DNA from: Eutreptiella sp. 'Long Island Sound 2002' | Taxonomy: Eukaryota; Protista; Euglenida | NCBI GenBank assembly: GCA_964036045.1 | Contig: OZ038379.1 | Span: 32,736,001-32,800,000 of the forward strand | Reading direction: 5' to 3' | Length of the DNA: 64,000 nt | Part shown: positions 12,947 through 25,620 of the stretch, in pieces | How positions within the stretch are numbered: the stretch's first letter is position 1 | Layout of the letters: the number at the start of each line of letters is the position of its first letter | Made by a program: the position numbers and the translations under genes | Notes under the pieces: model-generated | Databases searched by the model: none | Told to the model about the DNA's origin: nothing | The model's input: the letters and a program-made list of their open reading frames with translations, nothing else

Positions 12947-14534
12947 GAGCAGCCGGAAGATCTGATGGCTAATGCACACATGGTGGCTGCAGCAAGGGAA
13001 GCACATGTGACACAAACCACGCTGCCTCACCCACACAAACACGGCAGTGGCCTATGGTAATTGCAGTAGTACTAGAGGACATCCCTCCATTGATAAAAGT
13101 GTCAAAATGTGCCTCGTTTCAGCCCCCTAGCTGAACAAGTGCAACAGGGGAACATCTTGAGAACTTGAGGAGACAAGAGTTGCGATGATTGTATGCAATA
13201 TGTGGTGCTTACCATTGGGGGGGGGGCGACCCCTCTGTTTCTATATCTCTTGGGGACACCGGGTTTCATGCCAACACGGAGCGTTTTCAGGGGTTGGTGC
13301 CTTTGTTGCCTCATTTGCGCCTGCTGAGTGTCCCAAAGCGGAGGGGTATGTGGGGCATATTCGGAAAGCCCTTGAAAAGGGCTATTTGGAACACCCAGGT
13401 CTGCATGCTGTACTGACGACATGTTTGAGATTTTCGTCCCTTTTGGACAGTGTGTGTGCTGCCTGCTGCCTCTTTTTGTCAACAGGCAGCTACTATGTCT
13501 GTATACAAATTCACACAACGTGCTGTTGCTTCCCCCGATGCACCACAACAACCTTTGGTGCGCAAAAGGGCTCGCTCTGGGGGTGCAGAGTGGGTGCGTA
13601 TGACTCATTGTCGTGCCAAGTAGGTCGAGAAGCCTCGTACAGCCGGTTCACAGCAACCTGCATGCTCTCATGAGGAACACCAGATCCTGTCCACCACAGA
13701 GGCCGCTGCTTTTGCAGCCCAGTTTTGGGATCGTAAAGAACACCCCAGCAAGGCTTCCCAGCAAGGCCAGAGTACGTGGTTGGTAAGGGCTTTAATGAGA
13801 CAGCCTCCCTCTGATTGGAGAGCTGTACAGGTGCTCCACAAGGGCAGGGCACCTATTCATCCATACAGATGGCTGCTGTTCTGAATTTCTGAACTGGGCG
13901 TTTTGTAATTTCGTCATGTGCGGCGTTTCATTTACAGCTCTGTGCTCAAAACTGTGACCACCTACCCCCCAACCCCCACCCCAAACATTTTTGAAACGAC
14001 CTTTTCTCACAGATTTCAAAAAGCATACACATGCCCCCGCCTAGGTGACAACATTTTGGTGCATTGAACCAAAACTTGAAATATCCCTGAAAAATTGCAA
14101 ATTCGCTCCGTGTTGGCAGGAACCACATGTCCCCGAGAGAGATGCCCCCCCCCCCCCCCTCCTCCCTGCCCTGCGGGCCCAGTTAGTTACAAAGGGTGGC
14201 CATGTTTGACCCGCAATAATGGTGGCGCTGAAGGTGGTCTCTTTGGCCAAAATCTAAACCCATTCAGTAGGAAGTTTTGTTTGTAAAAAACAGATTTCAG
14301 CAGCAGTAGTGTGAGGAGGGCCTATAATCCTGTCTGGTTTCAGAAGTTAAGCAGCAGTTGGTCCATTTAGTACTCAGGTTGAACCCCTTTGACCACTTTT
14401 TGGGGATGATTTGTCCAAATCCACACCCATTTGGAAATCATTGGTACACAACAATGAACCAACAAGTTGCTGACTGCCCCTTTGAAGCGGGGGGGGGGGG
14501 GGGGTGCCCCAACATATATACCTTAGGGGGCATT

Positions 14535-14820
14535 TTTCGCACAGCGCGGGCACAGCGTGTGCACAGCACCAATCATTACGTTGTTTATCCCGGGAACACC
14601 CCTGAAAGCTACCCACCTGCAGAAGGATGTATGATCAATTCAAAACAGCATGGGGTACAGACTTCAGGACCCTGGGACCCTTGGCAAGCATCAGACTAAA
14701 AAAAAATCCCTAGTGTACCAGCAGGGGGGGTGTAGGGTGCAGAATTCGGGACCTTGGGATCCGTCTGTGGCTACCAGTGGTGGAAAACACAGCGCGGGCA
14801 CAGCGCACGGTGCGCCCCCT
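14535..14820. repeat. Dispersed about 290-bp family, copy 2
   Basis: Colinear match to 8620-8900. Confidence 0.8.
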
Positions 14821-15289
14821 TAAAAACAACCGTCATGGGGTGCAGGAGAGCATGATACCTCGCGTACAATGTCACTCAACTTCTAAGCCACCAAACAAGG
14901 CTGGGGCTGCTGAGGCCTTGTGGCGAAGAGGCGTTTTCCCGTTGCTTAGATTTACTGACAACTCCCATTATACAACCATATAGCCAAAAGCCACCACCCA
15001 CCTACGATACAGACTCTCAAGGCACCATTGTGCAGCTGTTTCACTTTTCCCTAAGACGGCAGCAATTTTCCAAATATCTCTGATTCTGCCTCGTCCTCAA
15101 GGGGAGCTTTTCAAGCAAGCACTTTATTTGCTGTGACCACTTTTGTGTATATGCCGAAGAAAAAAACCAATTTCTGATGTAACCTCCTCTTGTTGTATTT
15201 GTGTATACGGGAAAGGGGAAAAAAACAAAGTTCAGCACCACAGTAAAACCCCTTACCTTGGAATGTCATTCTGCTAACCAAAATGCAAT

Positions 15290-15690
15290 CTGGGCCACTT
15301 TAGATTGTGTCCCCTGCTGTGAAGCGTTAGGGACCCCCCATACGGCAGGGGTTATGTAACCAATCCGCCCTTTTGTGGGCCATTGCTGACTGTGTTCCCC
15401 GCTGTGAAGCGTTGGGGACCCCCCATACGGCAAGGGTTATGTAGCCAATCCGTCCACTTGTGGGCCACCACTGACTGTGTCCCCCGTTGTGAAGCGTTGG
15501 GAACCCCAGACAGCACGGGTTATGTAGCCAATCTGCCCACTTATGGGCCACTACTGACTGTGTCCCGCGCTTTGAAGCGTTGGGGACCCCCCATACGGCA
15601 CGAGGTACGTAGCCAGGCCGCCCAATTGTGGGCCACCACTAACTTTGTCCCCTGCTCTGAAGCGTTGGGGACCCCCCCATACGGCAGGGC
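15290..15690. repeat. About 80-85-bp tandem array (GAAGCGTTGGGGACCCCCCATACGGC..TTATGTAGCCAAT)
   Basis: Five units at about 15321, 15406, 15491, 15581 and 15660. The reverse complement resembles the 5090/54000 family. Confidence 0.85.
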
Positions 15691-16560
15691 CAATTTGTTG
15701 GGTTTCTGAATTTCGCCGATTTGTTTTCCCGATTCGTTGGATTTCTCTGATTTTGCCGATTTGTTTTGCCGACTTGTTGGGGCTTGTGGGATTCCAAGAC
15801 ACTTGATTTGGAGGTGTCAACGTAAGATCTGCATCATTTACTTTGGGACACGACACTGGATAATACCTTTTCTTTCTATATTGGCTCTTCAGATTGGCAC
15901 CATGAAGTGTTTTTACTGCTCACAGAAAGACTCATCTCTAGTCCCCTGGGATTCATTGTCCCCCAAGGTTCCTAGTGCCCTGGATCTCAGTCCCAGGCCC
16001 CAAACACACGTTCCTTTTGGTTGTTCAGTAGTTGGAGTCATGTGGAAACCCAAAATAGGTGGGTTTGTTGCAGACCCTGTGGCAGACCATGTGGCAGCAG
16101 TAGAAGACTCTGCAACAGTCGCTGAAGGCTCCACAACCCCAAATTCCATTGACTTTGCCGAAAAATTGGTCTGCCGATTTGTTCGCCGATTTGTTGGGAT
16201 TTCTTCGCCGATTTTGGGGGGGGGGGGGCGGGGGGTTGAATGCAAGCTTCCACGGAGCCCCTGGCGGAACAAATCGGCGAGGTCAGCCAAATTTGGCCGC
16301 CAATTTGGGGGGGGGGGGGGGGGCTGGCGCATTGTGCAACACATTTTAAGGAGGAATCATTTTATACCCGCCACTGAATAGTAACCGCCCTTGAATAGTC
16401 ACCGGGAGGCTGTGAAGCAATGGATACTAAGCTACAGATATAGTCCCTATGACACAGGGGAAACGGCCACAGCTCAGTTAGTGTTTGTTCCAAACCAATG
16501 CTGAATGTTGCCTTGAGTTAGCCAGACCCGGCTATTGAATGTTGCATAGGCTGGTTTGGG

Positions 16561-17300
16561 TCAGCTCTGCCCCCTCCCCAAGAACCTGGTCAGCAACCTG
16601 TTGCATGCATACCCGGGCACTGTCGTTTCACTGGCGACTTGCCTACACTCAGTCACTGTACAGATCCCGCGCAGTTTCGGGCTCCTGACATTCAGACATT
16701 TCCTCCAGACCCAGGTCCTGCCAAATGTCCTGCACTTCACCCTGACCTGATGCAAGCTCTTTGACGCCCCCTGCTGGGCACACTGGTCTGCCCCCTCATT
16801 CCCCTGCACGCCTACATGCAACGGGACCCACTGTACCAACACACTATCCCCCAACAGTTGCAAGCTACACCAGAGGCGTTGCCACAGATCCCGATGCGCC
16901 AGCGGCCCCTGCAACCCCCACCCATCCATGGCGCTCCCACTTCTCACTCTTGCCTGTTAACCTTGCATATATGGTTTCCGAATCTGTGACAACATGCAGC
17001 TTGATACATAGTGGTTTGTCCTCTGCTGCAGTCAGTATACCGTACAGCTATGCCCTGCCAATTGTTTGTTTCTCTGCTGGCGGGACCGGTGAGCGCACAT
17101 TGAACCCTGTCCTGCTGCCCTGATGCTGCCCAGACTGGACCAAACGCCCTGTGGACCACGTCCGCAGCAAAACCCATAAACTTGCAAAAGCCCACTGCAT
17201 GCACCGGGGACCGCACCACAACACATGCCACTTGCGCATACCCACGGACAGTTTACTCCACAAAGCATGTCGTATAAAATCCTTTGCCCTACCCGTTAAC
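16561..17300 (-). mobile_element. RNase H remnant of a non-LTR retrotransposon
   Basis: HRDLWQRLWCSLQLLGDSVLVQWVPLHVGVQGNEGADQCAQQGA, preceded by a degenerate ETNN motif. Confidence 0.75.
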
Positions 17301-20300
17301 CACAGCTCATACTTCTGCACTCTGCCTCTCTAGTGGGGGCGCCAGCGGCCGCAAAAAATGAAGGAAAGCTCCACAAGACGTTGTGCCCCAATATGGGTGG
17401 CAGATCCGGAACAGGTTGTTGCTCCAACCACCTGCAGCCAATAACCCCCGCCCCCCCTCCCCTAGGTGGGCGGCAGTGGCACTTGCGTTTTCTGCTTATG
17501 CCCTTGAACATGCACCAAGTGGTTCATTCCGCAGCACACCAGAAGCAGTGAGCAATAAGTGTGTGATTGCTCGTTCCTGAAAAAGGCATTGCGCCACACA
17601 GGCATAATATGCAATGCGATGCAGAGGCAGGGCTGGTGTCCCACGTCGCAACTGAGAATAGCACTTACAAGCCCTTTGCAGCACTGAGCGAACTCCCCGG
17701 ACCACTGCTAGTTGACAAAAAAGGCAGTACTTATGAATAGCAACCGGGAGTGGGGGGGGGGGGGAGGGGGCGAGGGAAGCGTAGGTTGGATATTGGGTTT
17801 CTCATGTGTGTTTGCTGGTACTGTTGTCAATTTCCAATATTTAGGCAGTGGTGTTCTTGCCAAGATTTGGGGCCCTCAGAGTGCAGTGCTTACTACCGGT
17901 CCATCACAGAGCGCTCTGGTGACACATGACTGTGCCCCTATAGCGCGGATGTCTCTCCTCCGGGTTGGAGCACCTTATCAAACCTGTAGCCAAGCCTGCT
18001 CCCAAAGCTGCCAAACCTCATGCCAAACCCTTAACCAAGAGTGGAACCAAAACTTGCTGCCCAGGTGGCAGCCCAACCTGCAGCCAGACCTTTGCTTATC
18101 AAGGGGGGGGGGTCATTTTGGGACTGCCTGAGGACCGGGTAACCCACCCACCCACCCAAGCTGACCACACACACCTCTTACCCCCCCGAAGGGGGGGGGG
18201 GTCTCTCATCTCTCATCCCATATCCATTGCATGTTAAAATATTCAAAAAATTGAACCCCAGGCTGGCCCTGGCAGTTGGAATATGGGCATTGGTTCAAAT
18301 CCCAGCGATCCAATTTTTTTATACCACGAAACACTGCCCTCTCCCCAAAGAGAAGTCTCAACAATGGGAAACACAACAAATCAGCAACACAAATCACACC
18401 CAGCCAGCCAGCCACCCACCCACCGAAACCCTCCCCCTCCACTGGGGGGGAGTGGGCACTTTGGGCCAAATTGCCCAAAACCAAACTAACCCACCCACCC
18501 ACAGGCCACAACCCCCCCCCCCCCCCCCCTGGGGGTCGGTTGGGACCCACCTTAAGCAAAGGTGTGCCTGCAGCCAAGCTTGCAGCGAGAGAGCCCATTG
18601 CAGTGGCCCTTTTTGAGCACGGGCAGCTCATCAAAGTCAAATACTCGCACCCAAAAGTGGCACATAGAGCCTGTCTCTTAGTATAGCTGAACATGCACCC
18701 CAAACAAGCAGTTTCCGGGTCTTCTTGTGGTTCATATGCTCTCGTGTTTGCATGTTTTGCTTCGTGTCACGTGTCCTTTGTGTTCCCTCGGGCAAGTGAG
18801 GGAAGTGTCACTTTGGGGATGTTCCCCCAGGTGTATGGGGACACCATGGCGCACAGACAGTCACTATTCAAGGGGGGGATGTTGCACGCAACGTCGACAA
18901 CGGGTACCCCCCTTGAAATAGGCACCCCCACTTTCCCCTGCCCGTGGCCCTTCCAACCTTGCTTGCGATATCGCATGCACGTTTGGTAGGTGCACGCCAT
19001 CCAAATTTTCAAGCCGAATTTCCAAGCAGTTTTCCCCACGGCCGTCCTTAAGGGGGGCGGGGGGGGGGGGAGCACCAACAAAAACAAGTGTTCACGGGGA
19101 CACCTTTTTTTTATGTCAAACGGGCCAACTTTGCCAAGAGCCGTGAAGGCAGTGTAGGAGCTAAGTACAAATTTTGACAGAGCCATGGTGTGCATATGGA
19201 ATTCAGCTCTGGGCTGGTTCCCCATGATTTCCTGTAGAAGATGGGGTGGTAACGTAAGTTGGATTTTCCACTCCGTCGGATCCCAGTGCGCCCTTTGTCG
19301 TTTGGTGAAGGGTTGTATTGGGACTTCCCATAAGGTGGCATCCCAATCTTCCTATACCCTTTTGCGTATGAAGTATAGGGACTGTTTGGTCGTCTTAGTG
19401 GTGTGCATGTACAAGGCTGTGAGCATTGTTGCACGCCCCAGTTCCTGAAATGTTTTGCGGCACAAATCCCATGGACCATGCCCCAAATCAAGGATACAAT
19501 TGCGAGAAGTGCAAAGTGACACGGGCTACCAAATCGGCCTTGGCTCATGGCACCGTACGTTTCCCAAATGTCATCAAAATTGCTTGTCTACGCAGATAAA
19601 CATGTTCAGTGGGGCAGTGTCTTGGCCGACACTACCCTGAAAGAACTCCGGCACGACTTTGGCGTAACGCATCCAATCCGTATGGTGGGCACCCGAGCAG
19701 TAGATTCGAAACGCGTTACCACCCGGGGTCTGCGATATGGGCAGGACCTTGCCAAAGGGGCACTGCCACTTCTTACTCCGGTTAGACACATGGCCTATGT
19801 GAACCTCCCGGACTGTGCGCCGATTCTTGTTACCCCCCTCTTCTCCACTCATGTGGGAGACCTCACAAATCTTTCCAAATGTCACAAATGGCTCGTTATC
19901 TTCTGCTGACATGCGCGCATTTGCCCCCCGGTTGGCCCCCATTAGCGTCGCGTCCGGGTGGTGGGATTGCCACATGCACACAGCACAAACCCACTCCCAA
20001 AAAGAACGAACATTTTGCACAAACAAACAATGTATGAGCAAGACACACATTGTGGACGGCGCCCTTAGCGGCCCCTTTTTGGGCACTATGCTCTCAAAAA
20101 GGAAGTGCACTGCCCAAATGGGGGGACCTCTAGAGTGTGGCACAGGTGCAGCTGCAGCTCTGAGCTCCCAAGCTCAGGGAGAGTTACCCTGTTTAATGAA
20201 CCGTCCACCAAGACCTCCAATGCCGCAATCACTCAAGGGCGATTAACTGTGTGCTCGGTGCCACTACACTACCATCTATTTATTCAACCCCAACTCTGGT

Positions 20301-22749
20301 TCTCAACATACCCCCAAAACGGGGCACTTTTTCAACCTCGGCTGTTTTGTTTTCAACCTCGACAGTGCCCCCCCCCCCCCCCCCACTGGGTTGAAATTTC
20401 ACCTGCTAGAGAGAATTTCTTTCCACCCCCCTCCCTGTCTTGTCCGTTGGAAAAAAATCCCCCTCACTCAGCAAATGGGTCACTGGGGCTAAACTAGATT
20501 CCGCATCCACATTAATGGCAACAAGCATCGGTGGTTGAGTTGCGCTCCTGCTTGCACGCGGACGTATCTAGCGGACCTTTTTCTTGGTGGGGCAGATGGG
20601 GCGGCCTCGGCTTCTGAACTGCTGATAGTGACAGCACTGCTGGTTGCATCGCTGTCATTGGAGTGACCATTGCCACTGCTGCTCCTACTGTTACTACCAT
20701 CCGGTAACGATTCCCTGGGTCGGATTGGGAATTGGGGTCACCGTCTAATGCATCCTCGGCATCAACCACCATGCGCCAATGCCGCTTTGTTGTGCGCATG
20801 GGCTGAATGTGCCTGATGGAGCTCATCCACAGAGGCCATACAATGGCAAATCTCTCCACAAAAGCCAAAACCACGCTCAACGACGCAATCAATTGGAACC
20901 TCGGGTCCAAAACTCGCTGAACCGCATCGACCCGCCACATCCACGACTTTACCTAGCCCAACTGCCTTTGGACGGCGGCCCATGCACCCGTGCACGTCGT
21001 AATCACGCACATCCTGTAAGCATCAGGCACGATGCCCAAGGGCATGGCCACCCTAACCACCCCACAGCAACACAACCCCATGCACGCCACCCGCGAGGCC
21101 CTCCGGGGGCCCATCGAAACCACACCCTATGCTAGCGGACGAGCCACCACCACACCGACCTACCACCAAGCCCCCCCCCCCCCCCAAACCCCTTTCCCAC
21201 ACACCTCGACATGCGCAACAAACCACCCAAGACGCCCAACCCACACCCGGCTCTGATAATGTTGAGATGGGACAACCTGAACCTGAGGCCCTCGTGCATG
21301 GAATGGCTACGGCAAGGAGTATTTAGCCCTAAACATGATGGAGGGGGGGGGGTGACTGTCTGGCAGGGGACTGAGCAACCCACCCCCAAGACCGCAAACA
21401 CAGGAGCCAAAACCAACCAACGTGAAATCATCGACGCTGACGCCAGTGATGGCGGGAGTGCAGTGTGACACTGTCCACAAAGCACAAAGCTCATCTGTAA
21501 CGTCAAAAAAGCCCAAATGCCATAGTCATGGAAAAACTAGTATTTGCCAGGAATTGAACCAGCGACTCTTTCCCCTAAAGGCTAATACATTATCCAACTT
21601 AGCTACAACCATTTCGCAACAACACTTTGCATCACAGCGACCATAGCTTGAACAGGCCCCAGACCAAAAAAAAAACGAGGTTCCCTAAATAACAATAATA
21701 ATAACTGGCGGATCAATATGCGGAGCATAGGCTCGGTACGGCGCGGTGGTTGGGTTCCACGGCAATACGCGCGGCACTAGTAGGCCCTGATCCCTCCACG
21801 CCCTCTGCTTGCTCGTTCCCTTGCCTATCACGGCCCCTCCCTCCCCGTGACGTAGCAGCTTGCAGAGCACAGGTTAGGGGTGGTGTGGGGGGTGAGGTGC
21901 ACGGCATTTTGCGTGGCAGTAATTTGGGTTGGTTGTTGTGTGCATCCTTTCCTCGCTCCCCGTCTCCCTCGTGCTACACTATGTGAGGCACTATGCAAGG
22001 CACTTTGTGGTCCCGTGGCTTTTTTTTAGGGGGGGGGGGGGCACTCCCCAGCGGCCTAATCCCCCGCCACCCTCCCCTACTTGTTCCTCCCGCACAACAA
22101 CAGGCAACACATAGGCCCTCCTCCTCTGCACTCTCACCCCACCCTCCTCTTGTCCGTTAACGCCATGCCCTCGCCCCCCTTTTTCCTTTGCACAGCAGCT
22201 TGCCAAGCAAGGGTATGGTATGCGCTCGGTATGGGTAGTGTGAACAAGAGTGGGTAGGGAACAATTTTGCAACTAGACACCACAATCCCATGGCGGTAGT
22301 CGCCCTGTCTCGGCGTTGACGAAATGGACGTGTGCCCGTCCCTCCTTTGTCCTTACTTTGAAGATGAGCTACATACCTTGGTGGTATGTCTAATAAAGAG
22401 ATGCGGGCAGCGGGGAGGACTTACCGTACACCTCGAAGGCTTTTTGCGACATCCACCGCCTTGGACGAGGGGAGGGCCCCTGTTTCGGCACCTAACGACC
22501 TGGGGGGGGGGGGGGTTGACAACCCGTCCTTTCCCTGGTGCCTGTGTTTCCACCACCAAGCAACCAATACCGGTGCCTCAGTGGTAGCCACTTAGTAGTG
22601 GTGGCTACAAAGCGGCCATAGGCTCTCGTACCCAAGCCGCTTAGACCTCCGATCGTGATGGTGGCCCATGAAGTCCTATGGCAGCGGCCGGGGAACGGGT
22701 TGGGGATTTCCGGCATCCCCTAACCGTTACACGGCTGGTCGCTAGATCC

Positions 22750-25620
22750 GCACGCGGGGGACCAAGTGGATGGCGCCGCTGGTGCCCGCCCCCGCGCGCG
22801 CACTTAGACTCCACGTCTTAGTCCGGTGGCCACAGAGGGCCCAACAGATGGCGCCGCTGGCGCCTGCTCCCCCTGAGACAGCCTTCGCAGCTGGACACGG
22901 TTGGCTCAGTGGATGGTGCCACTGATGCCTTTCCCCTCCGTGCTTGACTGTCATGGTGCAATGCATACACGCATGAAGCGCCATACTAATCCTTTGTTTC
23001 CGGCACGTTTTCCTACTTGGCCCCTACCACCCTGCATACAGTGTCCCTCCCATTACCCTGCCCCCTCCGGTCCCTTTCCGCTCCTGGGCCATTCTACCGC
23101 ACGCCATATGCACGGCACTACATACCTCACGTCTCCTTGGTCCCTTGCGCTATGCACTGTGCATGCACTCTGCGAGCAGCCTAACCCTTCTGCCCACCCT
23201 CCTCTCTTTGCCCCATACCTCTTTCTCCTAGCCCAACATCGTGAAGGCCTTATGCACGTATTCTCCCCCTGCCTACTTCCACCTGCCCTCCTGCCCTTCT
23301 GCCATGCACCTGCGCCCTGTGCACCCTTTGTGTCCCCGTCCTCTACACCGGCTTTCCTTTTGCAAGTATTATGCTCACTCTGTCCGCCCGGCCCTCTTTG
23401 CCCTTGTCCATGTGCCTGCGAATGGGGGCATTTGGGGCACCCCCTGACCGTCATACACCTTGTGACAAGGTCCTCGCACAGGGGGCCCAGCGGATGGCGC
23501 CGCTGGTGCCCCCCCCCCCCCCCTGTGCACACTAAACTTCCACGTGGTTGTCCGGTAGTCACAGGAGGCCCCATGGATGGCGCCGTTGTGCCTGGCTTGT
23601 GCCTTGTCCCCCTATGACAGCCATCCATGCTGCTTCGCACCCGGTCACGGGGGGGGCCCAGTAGATGGCGCCATTGGTGCCCATCCCATCGTGCCAACTC
23701 GCATAATGACCGCCCCTCACTGTACACTTCTTTTTGCTACTTCTTGTGCGGTACCCTTACCTCCTTGGCGCCAACCCTCTCTCTGCTGCTCCCCTTGTTG
23801 TGCCTCACCTCTCCCTGGTTCCCTGCGCCGTCAATTTTGTAGGCACTCTGCAAGGAGCCTGACCATTCTCTGCCCCTCCTTCCTTTTCCCCATACCTTTT
23901 CCCCGTACCTTTTTCTCCCAGCCCCATATTGTGAAGGCACTATGCACGCATCCTCCCTTGCCTGCTTCCACCCGCCCTCCGGCCCTTCTGCGATGCACCT
24001 CCGCCCTGTGCACCATTTGCATCCTCTCTTCTACCCCGGCTTCGCTTTGGCAGGTACTATGCACGCACCGTCCCCACAGCCCTCTTCGGCCCTCTCCCTG
24101 TGCCTGCGCATTCTTGCACCCCGTGATTGTCATACACCTTGTGACAAGGTCCTCGCACAGAGGGCCCGGAGGATGGCACCGCTGGTCCCCCCCCCCCCCG
24201 CGCACAGTCAAGTTCCACGTGGTTGTCCAGTAGTCATAGGAGGCCCCACGGATGGCACCGCTCTGCCTAGCTGGTGACTAGTCCCCCTATGAGAGCCATC
24301 CTTGTTGCTTCGCACCCGGTCACGAGGGGGGGGGGGGGGGTAGATGGCGCCATTGGTGCCCGTCCCCTCGTGCCAACTTGCATAATGACCGCCCCTCACT
24401 GTACACTTCTTTTTGCTACTTCTTGTGCGGTGCCTTTACCTCCTTGGCGCCAACCCTCTCTCTGCTGCTCCCCTTGCTGTGCCTCACCTCTCCCTGGTTC
24501 CCTGCGCCGTCAATTTTGTAGGCACTCTGCAAGGAGCGTGACCCTTCTCTGCCCCTCCTCCCTTTTCCCCATACCTTTTCCCCGTACCTTTTTCTCCCAG
24601 CCCCATATTGTGAAGGCACTATGCACGCATCCTCCCTTGCCTGCTTCCACCCGCCCTCCGGCCCTTCTGCGATGCACCTCCGCCCTGTGCACCATTTGCA
24701 TCCTCTCCTCTACCCCGGCTTCCCTTTGGCAGGTACTATGCACGCACCGTCCCCCCGGCCCTCTTTGGCCCTATCCCTGTGCCTGCGGATTCTGGCACCC
24801 CGTGACCGTGACACAGCTTGTGACAAGGTCCTCGCACAAGGGGCCCAGCGGATGGCATCCCCCCCCCCCCCCCCCTGCGCGCACAGTCAAGTTCCACGTG
24901 GTTGTCTAGTAGTCACAGGAGGCCCCACAGATGACACCGCTCTGCCTGGCTGGTGACTAGTCCCCCTATGTCAGCCATCCTTGCTGCTTCACACCCGATA
25001 ATGGGGGTCCAATAGATGGTGCCACTCGTGCCCATCCCCTCCGTGCCGACTCGCATCATAACCGCCACTCACAGTAGGCTTCCTTTTCCTACTTCGTGCT
25101 CTATACCCTTACCTCCAACTCTCCGTTGTTCCCCTTCCTACTGCACGCAATGCACGGCACTGTGTAGCTCACCTCTCCCTGGTCCCCCGCACCCTGCACT
25201 CTGCATGCACATTCCCGCTTCTAGCTGCCACCTGCCATTCTACCCTTCGGCCTTGCTCCCTACCCCGTGTTCCCTTTGCAGCCCCTTGCCCTTCCCCATC
25301 CTCCCTTTGACATGCACTATGCACACACTGTCCCACCGTCCCTTGTTGCCCATGTGCCCCTTGTGTCTCCCCCCCTCCTGCCTTGCACTGTGCATGCACT
25401 ATACCTTTCGCTCCGTCCTTCCCCTTTCTCCCTCCGTGCCTCCCTGCCGCAAGCACTATGCACGCACGGTCCTTTTGGCCCTAGCTTCCTTTACGCCTTT
25501 TGCCTACCTCCTTCCCGCACTCTGTGCCCTGCCTGTGCAAGCACTATGCGGGTCACTATGCCGGCACTCCCCTCCCCCCCTCAGTCACCCTCACCCAACA
25601 ACCTGTTTAATCGTGCCGTC
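22750..25620. repeat. About 680-bp tandem repeat, roughly 3.5-4 diverged copies
   Basis: The marker gtgacaaggtcctcgcaca.ggggccc..ggatggc recurs at about 23462, 24142 and 24820. ORF track shows duplicated translations. Confidence 0.85.

Noticed and set aside
18200-21500. Possible LINE C-terminal remnants
   Set aside because: Protein-like patches are present but no diagnostic motif could be confirmed.
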